Notes: generated from the sequence alone by a model not told the origin. Counted from the stretch's first letter, positions 9,638 through 19,743 are shown. The stretch: 64,000 bases of DNA from Myxococcales bacterium (GCA_037445065.1 JBBILD010000001.1:32001-96000), one strand, 5' to 3'. Program-made: numbers and translations.

Positions 9638-10528
9638 TCATTCAGGTCGGGTGGGCAGCGGTTTTGGGCCAGCAGGCGTGGGCGGAACCGCTGTGGGTTG
9701 TGAAAGCGGTGTATCCTTTGGCCGGCGGATGCGGAGCTGTTTGGGGGGACCGGGGTTTCCTTGAACATCGCGCACCCGTACCGTGAGGATCGTGTCTCCG
9801 ACAGGAAAAGCCCAGGCCCGCGCAACGACCATGCAGAACTGTTGCGTTGTGTCCGGACTGACGAAGGAAAAGTCCCCGTTTTGGTTCACGGTACATGCAG
9901 ACTCGTTGTCGTTGTGCATTTCGAAGCGGCACGAGAAGTCGTTGATCGCGGCAGTGATCTCTTCCGTCTCTGCAAAGCTTTTTGCTGCCGGGATCCCGCC
10001 GATGTTTGGACGAAGGCGGTCACAGACTGCGGCACTGCCGTCGCCGAGAGGGCGGTTACTGATGATCTCCAAGTCGGGGCGCACAGTGGGATCGCCAGGG
10101 GAGTGAGCGTAGACTCGGCGCGCGACTTCGTGACCGCTCAATCCCGGCTTTGCTTCCACAACCAAAATAAAGCCGGCTCCGGCCTGAGTCAGGTACGTGG
10201 GGATTCCCTTTTCTACGGAGGCGGGTTGTACGGGCAATCCATCCGCCCGAGCCGCACCGAAGTGCGTGATCACCGGGCCAATCGGCTGGCCTTTGCGAGC
10301 CTTGACCTGGTCTTTCCCAACCGGACGAGTCGAAAGGGGAGTCGGTGGCGCTTGTCCCTCAGGGGGCGGCGTCGCGGGGGGCACAGTTGGAATGGGGGTT
10401 TCCCAAACTGGCGAAGGAAGGGCTGAAGGCGCGCTCGCTTCCTGCCGTAACGTCGAACATGCTGCGAGGCCAAACAACAGGGCCCACCCAGTAAGGCGGC
10501 ATGCTACCTTCACCGACCACAACGCCAT
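9638..10528 (-). CDS. Hypothetical lipoprotein with Pro-rich ends and a four-Cys core domain
   Basis: Lipobox LAAC; GAGGAG RBS before ATG 10528. Confidence 0.75.
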   Translation of the reverse strand: MALWSVKVACRLTGWALLFGLAACSTLRQEASAPSALPSPVWETPIPTVPPATPPPEGQAPPTPLSTRPVGKDQVKARKGQPIGPVITHFGAARADGLPVQPASVEKGIPTYLTQAGAGFILVVEAKPGLSGHEVARRVYAHSPGDPTVRPDLEIISNRPLGDGSAAVCDRLRPNIGGIPAAKSFAETEEITAAINDFSCRFEMHNDNESACTVNQNGDFSFVSPDTTQQFCMVVARAWAFPVGDTILTVRVRDVQGNPGPPKQLRIRRPKDTPLSQPTAVPPTPAGPKPLPTRPE

Positions 10529-10612
10529 GTTCCACTCCTCGCGAGCCAAAGTGGCGCAGCTTGTAACGGCAGGTAGAAAGCCAGTCAAGAAAAACGGAAG
10601 GGGTTCCCCGTG

Positions 10613-11410
10613 TTAGCGAGAGCGCGTGACGCCTTTCCTGGGGCATATGTCTTGGAGGGGGCACTTGCTGCAAAGCGGGGAAAGGGGACGGCAAATCGTT
10701 TGGCCGAACGCCACGAGGAGATCGTTGTACTCAAGCCAGTAATCCCGAGGTAACAACTCGCGAAGTGCGCGTTCGGTTTGTTCGGGAGTTTTTGTAGTCA
10801 CCAGACCCCAGCGATTGGAAATGCGGTGAACGTGTGTGTCGACGCAGATGCCGGGAAGCCCGAATCCCTTAGTGACGACTAGGTTGGCGGTTTTCCGGCC
10901 CACGCCCTTCAGTTTCAGAAGCTCGTCAAGCTCAGACGGAACGTTCCCGCCGTAGCGTTCCTCCAAAGTCTTGCAGATGTCGTGAATGACGCGGGCTTTT
11001 GTTCGATAAAAGCCGACCGGATAAATCGTTTTGGCAATGGCTTGCACAGAAACGCGTGCGAGCTCGGCAGGGGACTTGGCGAGCGAGAACAGACGCCGAG
11101 CGGCCTCGGCGGTTACTTGATCTTGGGTGCGCAGACTCAGAAGGCACCCGATGAGCACGTGAAACGGGCTTTGGTTTTGAGCGGCCATTAAGGTGACCAC
11201 GGGTGCTTGCCACGATCGGGCCGCGGCGCGCAGCCGACGGATGGCCTCGTGGATCGGGAACTTCGAGTCGCTGGTAAGCGCGAGTGGAGCGTCGGTATGG
11301 GCCTCTCGGTGCCGGGGGGAGCGTACCGTATGCTTAGGATTTGCGCGGTTTCCTGACGCCGACTGGCCCTTTGTGCGAGGCGCCGGAGGGGTTTGTCTCG
11401 CCTTGCTCAT
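10613..11410 (-). CDS. nth: Endonuclease III (HhH-GPD, 4Fe-4S)
   Basis: [11 protein letters not shown]hH motif, VDTHVHR, CxxxxxxCxxCxxxxxC cluster; start estimated. Confidence 0.93.
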   Translation of the reverse strand: MSKARQTPPAPRTKGQSASGNRANPKHTVRSPRHREAHTDAPLALTSDSKFPIHEAIRRLRAAARSWQAPVVTLMAAQNQSPFHVLIGCLLSLRTQDQVTAEAARRLFSLAKSPAELARVSVQAIAKTIYPVGFYRTKARVIHDICKTLEERYGGNVPSELDELLKLKGVGRKTANLVVTKGFGLPGICVDTHVHRISNRWGLVTTKTPEQTERALRELLPRDYWLEYNDLLVAFGQTICRPLSPLCSKCPLQDICPRKGVTRSR

Positions 11411-11523
11411 GCGGATCGCGTAGCGCACCGCTTCCCGAAAAAACAATCTCATGCATGCCCTAGCAATCTCTGACAGGCGGAGATTGTCTGGTCCGCAGTG
11501 CGGCTGATATTCATTGACTCTAA

Positions 11524-12498
11524 ATGCTCCGGTTGGGTTTGATCGGCGTTGGTCGCCACGGTGAGCGTTATGCGCGGCATCTCGTTCAGGAGGATCTGGG
11601 TGCTTGCCTCGTGGCGATCGCGCGGCGCAGCGAAGATCTGGTCCGCCAGCAAGCGGCCGAGCTCGGTTGTCGCGGGTACGCGGATTACCGAGAGCTCCTG
11701 GCGGCCCCGGACGTGGACGCGGTGATTGTGGTCGTGCCCCCGACGGCTCACCTGGACATTGTGCGCGCTGCCGCAGCCGAAGGCAAACCAGTTTTGTTGG
11801 AAAAGCCAGCGGCACCCAATCTGAACTTGGGTCTGGAAATCTTGAACTGTGTGCGGGCCAAGGGCTTGCCTGTGATGGTGGCGCAGACCTTGCGATTTAA
11901 CGGAGTGATCCAGGCTCTGCGGGCCGCGCGGGAAGGGATTGGGCGCATCCACGGGCTACGCATCGGGCAGCGCTTCGAGCCCTCGCGTCCAGGGTGGATC
12001 GATGATCCCTCCGTCTCGGGAGGCGGGATGATTCTACACACTGGGGTGCATTGCTTTGACTTGGTACGGTGGTTGACCGATTTGGAGGTTCGCGCCGTAA
12101 CTTGCATGATCAGCCGAGTTCGCGCTGCGAGAACAGAAGACAACTTCGCATGCGCGCTGAAATTGAGTGACGGGGTGTGCCTCGCTTCCGTCGCTGGTTC
12201 CCGTGCTACGGGCAGTCGCTCCGGTGGTGTCGAAATCGCCGGCGAGAGGGGCCAGTTGATCGGGGATCACGTGTTGAACCGTGCCTCCCGGGTGTGTGGG
12301 CATTCGGTGGAGGAAATTGCTGTTCCGCCGCCCGTCGCCACCGTGAGGGAGGCGGTTCGCGCGTTTGTTGAGGCTCTGCAACGTGCTCGTGACTTGCCCA
12401 TCCCGCTCGAGGAAGGACTGAAGGCCGTGGCCATTGTGGATGCTTGCTACCGTTCGGCGGCGACGGGACAAGAAGAGCAGGTGCTCCCAGTGCGATGA
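11524..12498 (+). CDS. Gfo/Idh/MocA family oxidoreductase
   Basis: GLIGVGRHG Rossmann motif, [16 protein letters not shown]. Confidence 0.92.
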   Translation: MLRLGLIGVGRHGERYARHLVQEDLGACLVAIARRSEDLVRQQAAELGCRGYADYRELLAAPDVDAVIVVVPPTAHLDIVRAAAAEGKPVLLEKPAAPNLNLGLEILNCVRAKGLPVMVAQTLRFNGVIQALRAAREGIGRIHGLRIGQRFEPSRPGWIDDPSVSGGGMILHTGVHCFDLVRWLTDLEVRAVTCMISRVRAARTEDNFACALKLSDGVCLASVAGSRATGSRSGGVEIAGERGQLIGDHVLNRASRVCGHSVEEIAVPPPVATVREAVRAFVEALQRARDLPIPLEEGLKAVAIVDACYRSAATGQEEQVLPVR

Positions 12499-12568
12499 GG
12501 TGTTCCCCCGATCGAAGTGGGGGTCTTTTCAGGAAGATCTTTAGGAACGCATGAAGGGAGAGTCTCAG

Positions 12569-12880
12569 ATGGCAGGGAAACTCTCGGAGCAAGAAATCCA
12601 GTCGCGGCTAGCCAAAATCGAAGGGTGGCGTTTGCGCCGAGGCAAACTCTGTCGTGAGTTTCGATTCGAAAGCTTCGCCGATGCGTTTGCGTTCATGGTC
12701 AAGATGGCGGTCTTCTCGGAGAAGCGGAATCACCATCCGGAGTGGTTCAACGTGTACAATAAAGTGACCGTCGAACTTTGCACCCACGATGCCGGTGGTA
12801 TTACACAGCGGGACCTCGATTGGGCGGTGGCGGCAAACGCCGCGTATCAACCGTTCCAGCCGCCGGCGGAGAAATCCTGA
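12569..12880 (+). CDS. phhB: Pterin-4-alpha-carbinolamine dehydratase
   Basis: [25 protein letters not shown]. Confidence 0.95.
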   Translation: MAGKLSEQEIQSRLAKIEGWRLRRGKLCREFRFESFADAFAFMVKMAVFSEKRNHHPEWFNVYNKVTVELCTHDAGGITQRDLDWAVAANAAYQPFQPPAEKS

Positions 12881-12970
12881 ACGCTTGCGCCCGGGCGCTG
12901 AGAGACCTAGCGAAACCCAAGCCGACCCTCGGCCGCAGCGGTCATGCCGGCTCGACGTGCCACCAGGGGA

Positions 12971-13043
12971 TGGGCAGGGAGTGAATCGAACACTCGACAC
13001 GGGGATTTTCAGTCCCCTGCTCTACCGACTGAGCTACCTGCCC
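12971..13043 (-). tRNA. tRNA-Phe (GAA); CCA not encoded
   Basis: GGGCAGGTAGCTCAGTCGGTAGAGCAGGGGACTGAAAATCCCCGTGTCGAGTGTTCGATTCACTCCCTGCCCA folds into a full cloverleaf. Confidence 0.96.
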
Positions 13044-13373
13044 ACGGTTCGGTGCCGCAGGTGGTCGCGTTCGGTACCAAAACCGAGGCAGGAACCGCAA
13101 GGGCTTGGTGAAAAGGAAAATTACGGTAGAACTGTGAACCGGACCAGGGGCGGTGATTTCGGCCGTCGGGAAACGCCTCGCCTAGCGCTTCGCCTGAGTT
13201 ACGGGGTGCTGCCAAGGCGTCACGCGCTTCGTTGACTTGGCGCTGAGCCTTGGCTAGGCGCTCCACCACGCTGAGAGGACGTACAACGGTGAAATCGGCA
13301 GAGACGTCCTGCTTCGTGGGTTTGCAGGAACGCCTTTCAGCCACAAAAGACCGGTGGTACGGGGTAGGTGTCC

Positions 13374-13544
13374 ATGGCAGAAAAGAAAGCAAAGACTGCG
13401 GAAAAGGGCGGTGGCCAGCAACAGAAAAGGCTGTGCCCGCGGTGTGGGGCAGACGCGCGCGTGGTCAAGTTCGTCGGCTTCGGACCTAGAGGAATGTTTT
13501 GGGTTTGTGACAAAAACTGTGGCTATCAGGAACGCACGCGCTAG
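13374..13544 (+). CDS. 56-aa zinc-ribbon microprotein (CPxCG type)
   Basis: MAEKKAKTAEKGGGQQQKRLCPRCGADARVVKFVGFGPRGMFWVCDKNCGYQERTR; GGTAGGTG RBS-like; below the ORF-track length cutoff. Confidence 0.75.
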   Translation: MAEKKAKTAEKGGGQQQKRLCPRCGADARVVKFVGFGPRGMFWVCDKNCGYQERTR

Positions 13545-13571
13545 GGTGAAAGGATAAGGAGGGGCGCAGAG

Positions 13572-13949
13572 ATGGCAGGTTCATCGAAGCGCAAGAAGAC
13601 GAGTGGTTCGACTCGGTCGTCGAAGAGCAAGAAGACGAAGCGTCCTGTTCGGCTTTTGGATGAAGAAGTGAACGAGGAGGGCGAAGCGGGGCTACCACGT
13701 GACGAAGCAGGTCGGCGCAAGATCAAAAAGCAGTACGAAGAGCTGCTGGGGATCCGTATCGAAAAACTCAAGGGACGAATCCTCAATCGGGAGAGAATTA
13801 ATAAGACCCAAGAGGGAATTTATTTCATTTGCTTCGAGTGCAAGAAGATTTGTCACAACTTGGATGAGGGCTTAGTTGAGGACCCGAACAACCAGCGCAA
13901 TCTTTGCGCGGCGTGTGCCAAGGCCAAAGGCAGGCAGGTGGCCGCTTGA
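13572..13949 (+). CDS. Basic protein with C4 zinc finger, DksA/TraR-like
   Basis: AAGGAGG RBS; EGIYFICFEC-x21-CAAC preceded by a helical segment. Confidence 0.7.
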   Translation: MAGSSKRKKTSGSTRSSKSKKTKRPVRLLDEEVNEEGEAGLPRDEAGRRKIKKQYEELLGIRIEKLKGRILNRERINKTQEGIYFICFECKKICHNLDEGLVEDPNNQRNLCAACAKAKGRQVAA

Positions 13950-13978
13950 GGGCCGCACAACTGGGGGGCTTCAGGAAC

Positions 13979-14923
13979 TTAACCATTTAGTCCGCTGCGT
14001 AGGCGGGCCAACCATGTTTCGAACTCCGGAGGCATCGGGGCCGAGATGGTTAGGGGCAGGCGGTTGGCCGGATGTCGGACAACAACTTCGGCCGCGTGGA
14101 GGAAGTGCCGGCCGAGACCATGGAGATCTTGGTAGTAGAGAGAGTCGCCCACCACGGGATGCCCGAGGTGCGCAAGGTGGGCCCGAATTTGGTGCATGAC
14201 TCCGGTTTCAATTTCGACCCGCAGCAGTGTGTACTCCCTGAAGTTTTCGATGGGCCAGTAGTGGGTAACCGCTTCCCGTCCGCTTTCCCTACCGCGGGAG
14301 GGGCGTACTTTGCGGCGGTCAAGGGGATCGTGCTCGAGCCCGAGCCTCACGGTTGCGGGCTTGAGGACTGTTCCGTGGACCAGCGCCCAATAACCCTTCC
14401 GGACCCGTCGGTTGCGAAACTCCGAGCAGAGGAACTGGTATGAAGGGAGATCCCTTGCTGCCACCAAGACACCCGAGGTTTCCCGGTCGAGGCGATGAAC
14501 GAGACCAGCCTCCAAGTTGCCAGCCGGTAGCGCCTGCATCTCTGGGTATCGCGCGAGAAGAAAGTTTGCGACGGAGCGCCTCTCTGCCGGGTGTAAAGCA
14601 TGGCTTGGCAGCCCACTCGGTTTGCTAACGGCAACAAAGTGGGGGTCCTCGTAGAGCACGATGACGGGCAAATCTGGGTTGGGTTGCAACCTCGTGACAG
14701 CAACAAGTTCGGCCAGGACTTGAACGCTTTGTCCGCTTCGGAGTCGCGATCCCTTGTGAGCAAGGTGCCCGTCAATGCGCACGGCCCCTTCTTCGATGAG
14801 GCGGACCACGCGACGCCGCGATAGGTGTGGCAGGCGGGCGGAGAGGAAGGCGTCGAGGCGCTTGCCTTCGTCTCTGTTGGTAGAAACAAGAACTTGGTAC
14901 TGTCCAAGGCGCGGATCGTTCAT
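13979..14923 (-). CDS. RluA-family pseudouridine synthase with S4 domain (RluD-like)
   Basis: RLDAFL S4 domain, KPSGL, VHRLDRETSG, ETGVMHQIR.H, GD.LY. Confidence 0.93.
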   Translation of the reverse strand: MNDPRLGQYQVLVSTNRDEGKRLDAFLSARLPHLSRRRVVRLIEEGAVRIDGHLAHKGSRLRSGQSVQVLAELVAVTRLQPNPDLPVIVLYEDPHFVAVSKPSGLPSHALHPAERRSVANFLLARYPEMQALPAGNLEAGLVHRLDRETSGVLVAARDLPSYQFLCSEFRNRRVRKGYWALVHGTVLKPATVRLGLEHDPLDRRKVRPSRGRESGREAVTHYWPIENFREYTLLRVEIETGVMHQIRAHLAHLGHPVVGDSLYYQDLHGLGRHFLHAAEVVVRHPANRLPLTISAPMPPEFETWLARLRSGLNG

Positions 14924-14950
14924 CGTTCACATTGGGAATCGCTGGTGATC

Positions 14951-16099
14951 ATGAATTTAAGGCCCACAGATACTCAGGTAAACGAGTGGAGGAAGTTGTT
15001 CCCGGCAAGCGGAAATCTCGTTCATCTAAACCACGCTGGTGTGTCGCCCATTTCGCGGAAGGTGGCAGACGCTGTCTGCGCCTTTTTGCAGGATGCGCTG
15101 AACATCAGCGAAGAACGATACCGCGCGTGGGAAGAAGAATCAGAGCGCGTACGCGAGCGGTGCGCCCAGTTCATAGGTGCTAAGTACCATCAGATCGCCT
15201 TTGTGAAAAACACCTCGGAGGGGCTTTCCTTGGTTGCCGCGGGTGTTGACTGGCGTCCCGGTGACAACGTGGTGGCGGTCGAAGGAGAGTATCCATCGAA
15301 TGTGTACCCCTGGTGGGCGCTGCAGCGGAGAGGGGTGGAACTGCGCTTGGTACCGCAGCGTCAGGGTTTGGTTCACGCTCAGGATCTGGAGCAGGCTTGC
15401 GATCCTCGTACACGGGTGGTGGCGGTAAGCTTCGTGGATTGGGCCACAGGGGCGCGGAACGATTTACCGTTACTCTCACGGGTGGCTCACCGATTTGGCG
15501 CGTTGTTCTGTGTCGACGGGATCCAAGGTGTCGGAGTCCTACCCCTGAATGTTGAGGATGCTGCCATCGACTGCTTGGCGGTGGGCGGCCACAAGTGGCT
15601 TTTGGCACCGGAAGGGTGTGGCTGGCTGTACCTGTCGGATCGCGCCTTGAGCCAAGTGCAATCCGTTCTGCACGGTTGGAAGAGCGTTACCGACTGCGAT
15701 CGGTATCTTCCTTATCATTTCGAGCCACGGGCAGACGCTCTGCGTTTCGAACCTGGCAGTTTGCCGCACCTTGGAATCCGCGCTTTGGGTGCCGCAGTGG
15801 AGCTGCTCAGTGAGGTGGGTGCGGACCAAGTCTGGCAGCGGGTCCGACAACTCACGGGTGACTTGTACGATGGGCTTAAGCGCCTGGGTGCGGAGGTTAT
15901 CAGTCCTTGGCATGACGGGGCACGCTCAGGAATCGTGGTCTTCCGCGTTCCCGGCGACTGTGCGGTGTTAGTCGCGGAACTGAACCGTAGGGGCTTTGTG
16001 GTGCGGATGCGCAGTGGCGGGGTGCGCGCGGCCCCGCACTTCTATAACAGTGAGCAAGAGATCGCTCGCTTTCTGGCGGCGCTTGCAGACTTGACCTGA
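14951..16099 (+). CDS. Class V PLP-dependent aminotransferase/lyase
   Basis: HLNHAGVSP, DGIQGVG, GGHKWLLAP (PLP Lys); no catalytic Cys at the usual desulfurase position. Confidence 0.88.
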   Translation: MNLRPTDTQVNEWRKLFPASGNLVHLNHAGVSPISRKVADAVCAFLQDALNISEERYRAWEEESERVRERCAQFIGAKYHQIAFVKNTSEGLSLVAAGVDWRPGDNVVAVEGEYPSNVYPWWALQRRGVELRLVPQRQGLVHAQDLEQACDPRTRVVAVSFVDWATGARNDLPLLSRVAHRFGALFCVDGIQGVGVLPLNVEDAAIDCLAVGGHKWLLAPEGCGWLYLSDRALSQVQSVLHGWKSVTDCDRYLPYHFEPRADALRFEPGSLPHLGIRALGAAVELLSEVGADQVWQRVRQLTGDLYDGLKRLGAEVISPWHDGARSGIVVFRVPGDCAVLVAELNRRGFVVRMRSGGVRAAPHFYNSEQEIARFLAALADLT

Positions 16100-16202
16100 C
16101 ATTCCAGTACCGAGAGCTTGCCTGGAGAGGATCAGCATGCTGGCCTGGTGCGCTGTCCACTAGCGCAAGCCCGGAACGGCGAATTGTGCTAGACGAGCGC
16201 CC

Positions 16203-18842
16203 ATGGACGCGCCCGTAGTCTCTCGAGTGGAGCAATGGTGGGAGGAGCCTGGCCCGATGACCGGGCTTGGCTGGCTCCCCCGTTGGTTCTGCAACAAATT
16301 CTTGTCTGGGGTGCGGTTAGACCCGGGCGCGGTGGAGCACATTCGGAATCTATCTCGCCAGGGCTCGGTGGTTTATGTGATGCGGTACCGCTCCCTCGTT
16401 GACTACATGCTGGTTGCTTTCGTGCTGCTGCGAGAAGGCTTGCCGCTTCCCGCATTCGTTGCTGAGGTTCCGAGCCTACTGCTTCGCCCAGTGCGAGAAA
16501 TCGCAGCGACCCTGTGGCGGCGGATTCGTGCGAGAGGATGGTTGGGCCGTGCCGCGAAGCGACTGGAGGATCTCAATCGTTGCCAGCAATTCGTTCGCCA
16601 GGGGCAACCAGTTTTGATTTTCATGCGTGGTTATGTGGGGGGATTTCCTTTGCGCGTCAGCCGGCGGGTAGCCATCCAGCGCGCTCGCTCTGGAACGGAC
16701 TACTTGCGGGAGATTGTCCACGTAGCGGCGGCAGAGAGAAAAGAAGTGTTCTTGATACCGTTAGCCGTGCTGCGTGGGAGAGGTTTCCGGAGAAAAGAGT
16801 CCCGCCTAGCCACACTAGTATACAGCGTCCAAGAAGCCCCTGGGGATCTCAAACGGCTGATCTCGCTGTGGTGGAATGCCAACCAAACGAGTCTCGTGGT
16901 GGGACGGCACGTGGCGCTGAGCGACATGCTGGAGCACTATGGCGCCGAGGGGGAAGAACGCGTGGTAAGGCGTGTCGCCCGGGCGCTGCAAATCTTTCTG
17001 TACCGAGAGGAGAAACTCGTTTGGGGTCCGACCTTACTGCCGAAGCGGATGGTGCGTCAAATCGTGCTGCAGCATCCCGAGGTCACGCAAACGGTACGGC
17101 GGTTGGCGCGCGAGACTGGCCAGGCGGAGTCCAAACTGTGGCGGTTGGCTGAAAGATACTTCGACGAGATGGCGGCAAATTACCAGGGAGCGTTTTTCGC
17201 TTTTCTCGAGTTTCTCTTCAATCGCATCTGGCCGCGCATCTTCCAGGGCTTGGATTACCGGGGCTTGGACAAGGTGATCGAGTGCGTCAAACAGCACCCT
17301 GTTGTGCTGGTCCCCTGCCACCGGAGCCACTTTGATTACCTCATCCTCTCGTACATTTTTCACATCAACTACATGAGCCCACCGCATATCGCGGCTGGCA
17401 TCAATCTTTCCTTCTGGCCGTTGGGACCGCTGTTTCGTGGCGCGGGTGCGTACTTCATCCGGCGCTCGTTCGATAATGACCCTCTCTACAAAGCGGTCTT
17501 CCGCAGCTACCTCACGTTCCTGATTCGTGAAGGGTACACGCAGGAGTTTTTCATCGAGGGAGGCCGGAGCCGAACAGGAAAAATCCTGACGCCCAAGCTC
17601 GGCATGCTCTCAGCAATTGTCAACGCGTTCGTGTCTGGGGTGCGGCGGGATTTGTACCTGGTTCCGGTGTCGATTCAGTACGGCCGGGTCGTCGAGGAAG
17701 AAGCTTACAAGCGAGAGTTGACCGGTGCAGAAAAAGAGCGCGAGTCGTTGTGGGCGTTGCTCAAGGCGCGGGCGGTCCTGGGGCAAAACCGCGGTACTAT
17801 CTACGTCACGTTTGCTGACCCGATCTCATTGCGAGAGGCGCTGGGCGATCGTTTAGAGCGTTTTCGGGACTTGGCCGGAGACCCTCAAGTCGAAGAGGAA
17901 AAACGAAGATTCATCCAAAAGCTGGGGTTCCGAGTGCTGCGCGCCGTGAATGAGGTCGCGGTAGCTGGGGCAACCGCCGTGAGTGCTACGGTGTTGCTGA
18001 GCCGCACAGAGGCTGCCTGGCGTTACGAGGACTTCCTTGCACGGGCTCAGGCGCTTGTCCGGTTTCTGCGGTTCCGGGGCGTAACGTTGACTGCTTCGCT
18101 CGAGCGCAATGTCCACGACTTTTTGGAGAACCTTGCTTTCTTAGAGAGCGGCGGTCTGATTCGCCGGCTGACGGGTGACGGGGTCGCCATCCACGTTCCA
18201 GCTGAGAAACGGATGAACTTGGATTTTTACAAGAACAACATCATCCATTTTTTCCTGGTTCCTGCTCTACTGTCAGCAAGCCTCGCGCGTGGTTTCAGGG
18301 GAGAAGAACTGGAGCAGGAGATTCTTTGGTGGCTGGATTTCTACCGCTGGGAGTTTCCTCTTCCGGAGAAAGAAACCGTGCCACGGGAGATCGCTTCCTT
18401 GATCGAGTATTATCGCGCGGAAGGCGCTTGGCGGGACACGGGTGGCGGCTGGGTGGAGAGAACCCACCCGTTTGTAGCGACCACAGAGCGGCTCTTGGAC
18501 AACTTTTGCGAAGCGTACTGGATTGTGGGCCGCACGTTGTTGCACCTGCCGCGAGAAGGCATGAGCTGGAAGAGCGTTTTGGTTCAAGCACGCAAGAAGT
18601 TCGAGACCGCCCTCTTGCTCGGCGAGGCAAAACACCCAGAAGGCTGTTCTTCGGTGGTCTTCGAAAACGCAATCCACCGGTTTGCGGAGCTGAAATTTGT
18701 TCGGGTTGTTGGCGAACGCCGCGACCGCTCCGTGATCCCAGCCGACCATGCTGCCCAACTACCGCCATTGCTGGAGAGGCTGCGTCGCCAACTTCAGGAT
18801 CGGGAGGCGTTCTCGGCGCAAGCTGTGGCGAGCGGCGAATGA
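16203..18842 (+). CDS. plsB: Glycerol-3-phosphate acyltransferase
   Basis: PCHRSHFDY (HX4D), AAGINL, GAYFIRR, FFIEGGRSRTGK. Confidence 0.9.
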   Translation: MDAPVVSRVEQWWEEPGPMTGLGWLPRWFCNKFLSGVRLDPGAVEHIRNLSRQGSVVYVMRYRSLVDYMLVAFVLLREGLPLPAFVAEVPSLLLRPVREIAATLWRRIRARGWLGRAAKRLEDLNRCQQFVRQGQPVLIFMRGYVGGFPLRVSRRVAIQRARSGTDYLREIVHVAAAERKEVFLIPLAVLRGRGFRRKESRLATLVYSVQEAPGDLKRLISLWWNANQTSLVVGRHVALSDMLEHYGAEGEERVVRRVARALQIFLYREEKLVWGPTLLPKRMVRQIVLQHPEVTQTVRRLARETGQAESKLWRLAERYFDEMAANYQGAFFAFLEFLFNRIWPRIFQGLDYRGLDKVIECVKQHPVVLVPCHRSHFDYLILSYIFHINYMSPPHIAAGINLSFWPLGPLFRGAGAYFIRRSFDNDPLYKAVFRSYLTFLIREGYTQEFFIEGGRSRTGKILTPKLGMLSAIVNAFVSGVRRDLYLVPVSIQYGRVVEEEAYKRELTGAEKERESLWALLKARAVLGQNRGTIYVTFADPISLREALGDRLERFRDLAGDPQVEEEKRRFIQKLGFRVLRAVNEVAVAGATAVSATVLLSRTEAAWRYEDFLARAQALVRFLRFRGVTLTASLERNVHDFLENLAFLESGGLIRRLTGDGVAIHVPAEKRMNLDFYKNNIIHFFLVPALLSASLARGFRGEELEQEILWWLDFYRWEFPLPEKETVPREIASLIEYYRAEGAWRDTGGGWVERTHPFVATTERLLDNFCEAYWIVGRTLLHLPREGMSWKSVLVQARKKFETALLLGEAKHPEGCSSVVFENAIHRFAELKFVRVVGERRDRSVIPADHAAQLPPLLERLRRQLQDREAFSAQAVASGE

Positions 18843-18900
18843 GCAGAAATCTCCGCGAGGAGCGAGAAATGAGAAGCCGTGCTTATGGGAGGTGTGCTCG

Positions 18901-19416
18901 ATGACGCGACGTCGAGCGGGTTTGTCGTTGTCTTTATCTGCCGGTTTGTTGCTCGCCGGTGCGTGCCACACGAAACAAACCTCGGAGGTACTGGTTCGTG
19001 TCGAGGCGGTTGCGTTTGACCGTGCCTCGCAGTCCCCAGTGCTGGTGTTGCAGGAAGAAAAGGGAGAGCGCCGCCTGCCCATTTGGATTGGCCCCGCGGA
19101 GGCGCACGCGATTGCCTTGGAGCTCGAACGGATTACGCCTGCGCGCCCGCTCACGCACGATCTGATGAAGGCTGTCCTTGAGCGCACCGGGGCTTTGGTG
19201 GAAAAGGTGGTCGTGACCGACCTGCGCGACGGCATTTATTACGCTCGAATCTTCCTGCGGTCCGGGAGGCAAGTTGTTGAACTGGACAGCCGTCCGAGCG
19301 ATGCGGTTGCGCTAGCTGTGCGAGTCAAGAGTCCGATCTATGTCGCACCTGCTGTGTTCGAGGCTAGTAAGGGCTCTCCGGCTCGGGAAGGAGGAGAGCC
19401 TGACCTCCGGGTCTGA
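18901..19416 (+). CDS. Bifunctional nuclease family protein (DUF151) with a lipoprotein-like leader
   Basis: LPIWIG..EA.AI, RPLTHDL, DSRPSDAVALA. Confidence 0.92.
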   Translation: MTRRRAGLSLSLSAGLLLAGACHTKQTSEVLVRVEAVAFDRASQSPVLVLQEEKGERRLPIWIGPAEAHAIALELERITPARPLTHDLMKAVLERTGALVEKVVVTDLRDGIYYARIFLRSGRQVVELDSRPSDAVALAVRVKSPIYVAPAVFEASKGSPAREGGEPDLRV

Positions 19417-19743
19417 AAATGACGACTCGGGGAACGTGGACCAGCCCCAGCCGTCTGTCGCTTGTGGCGGGCTCGTCGCTTCGTGCCGGAACGCACCTGA
19501 CACATTTCTGTGGTCAGCAAGATCCAGCTAGCGTACGGCGCTTGACCATCGTCTGGCCAGAGTTCCAGTTGGAGACTCATTCTGGTTTGCCGCGTGAGGC
19601 AATGACTTCCGGGTCACAGAAACATGCCGGTCCATCAGCCAGCCGTTTGCGAAGCATGATTCGACTTCATCGAAGGGGCCCTACACGGACGGACGATGTT
19701 TTGCGATGTGCATCGGTACGGGGATTTTGAGGACGGTTGAAAG

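Noticed and set aside
12971..13043. tRNA-Phe (and tRNA-Val at 45169-45242) as integration sites
   Set aside because: I saw no integrase, no duplicated tRNA 3' end and no compositional shift next to either tRNA.
13203..13340. TPP riboswitch suggested by GGGGTGC...GCTGAGA
   Set aside because: The downstream ACCC...ACCTGA and TAAT...GCG.AGG core elements are absent, and there is no thiamine-related gene downstream.
13828..13857. CKKICH as a heme c motif
   Set aside because: It is CxxxCH in a protein with no signal peptide and is better explained as part of a zinc finger.
14951..16099. Cysteine desulfurase (SufS/IscS) call
   Set aside because: No catalytic Cys in the C-terminal loop (VVRMRSGGVR), so it is left as a generic class V PLP enzyme.
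19417..19743. 327-nt gap before ctaA as an ncRNA, small gene or FNR-regulated promoter
   Set aside because: No recognisable RNA motif or TTGAT-N4-ATCAA box, and the 103-aa ORF there has no protein-like features.
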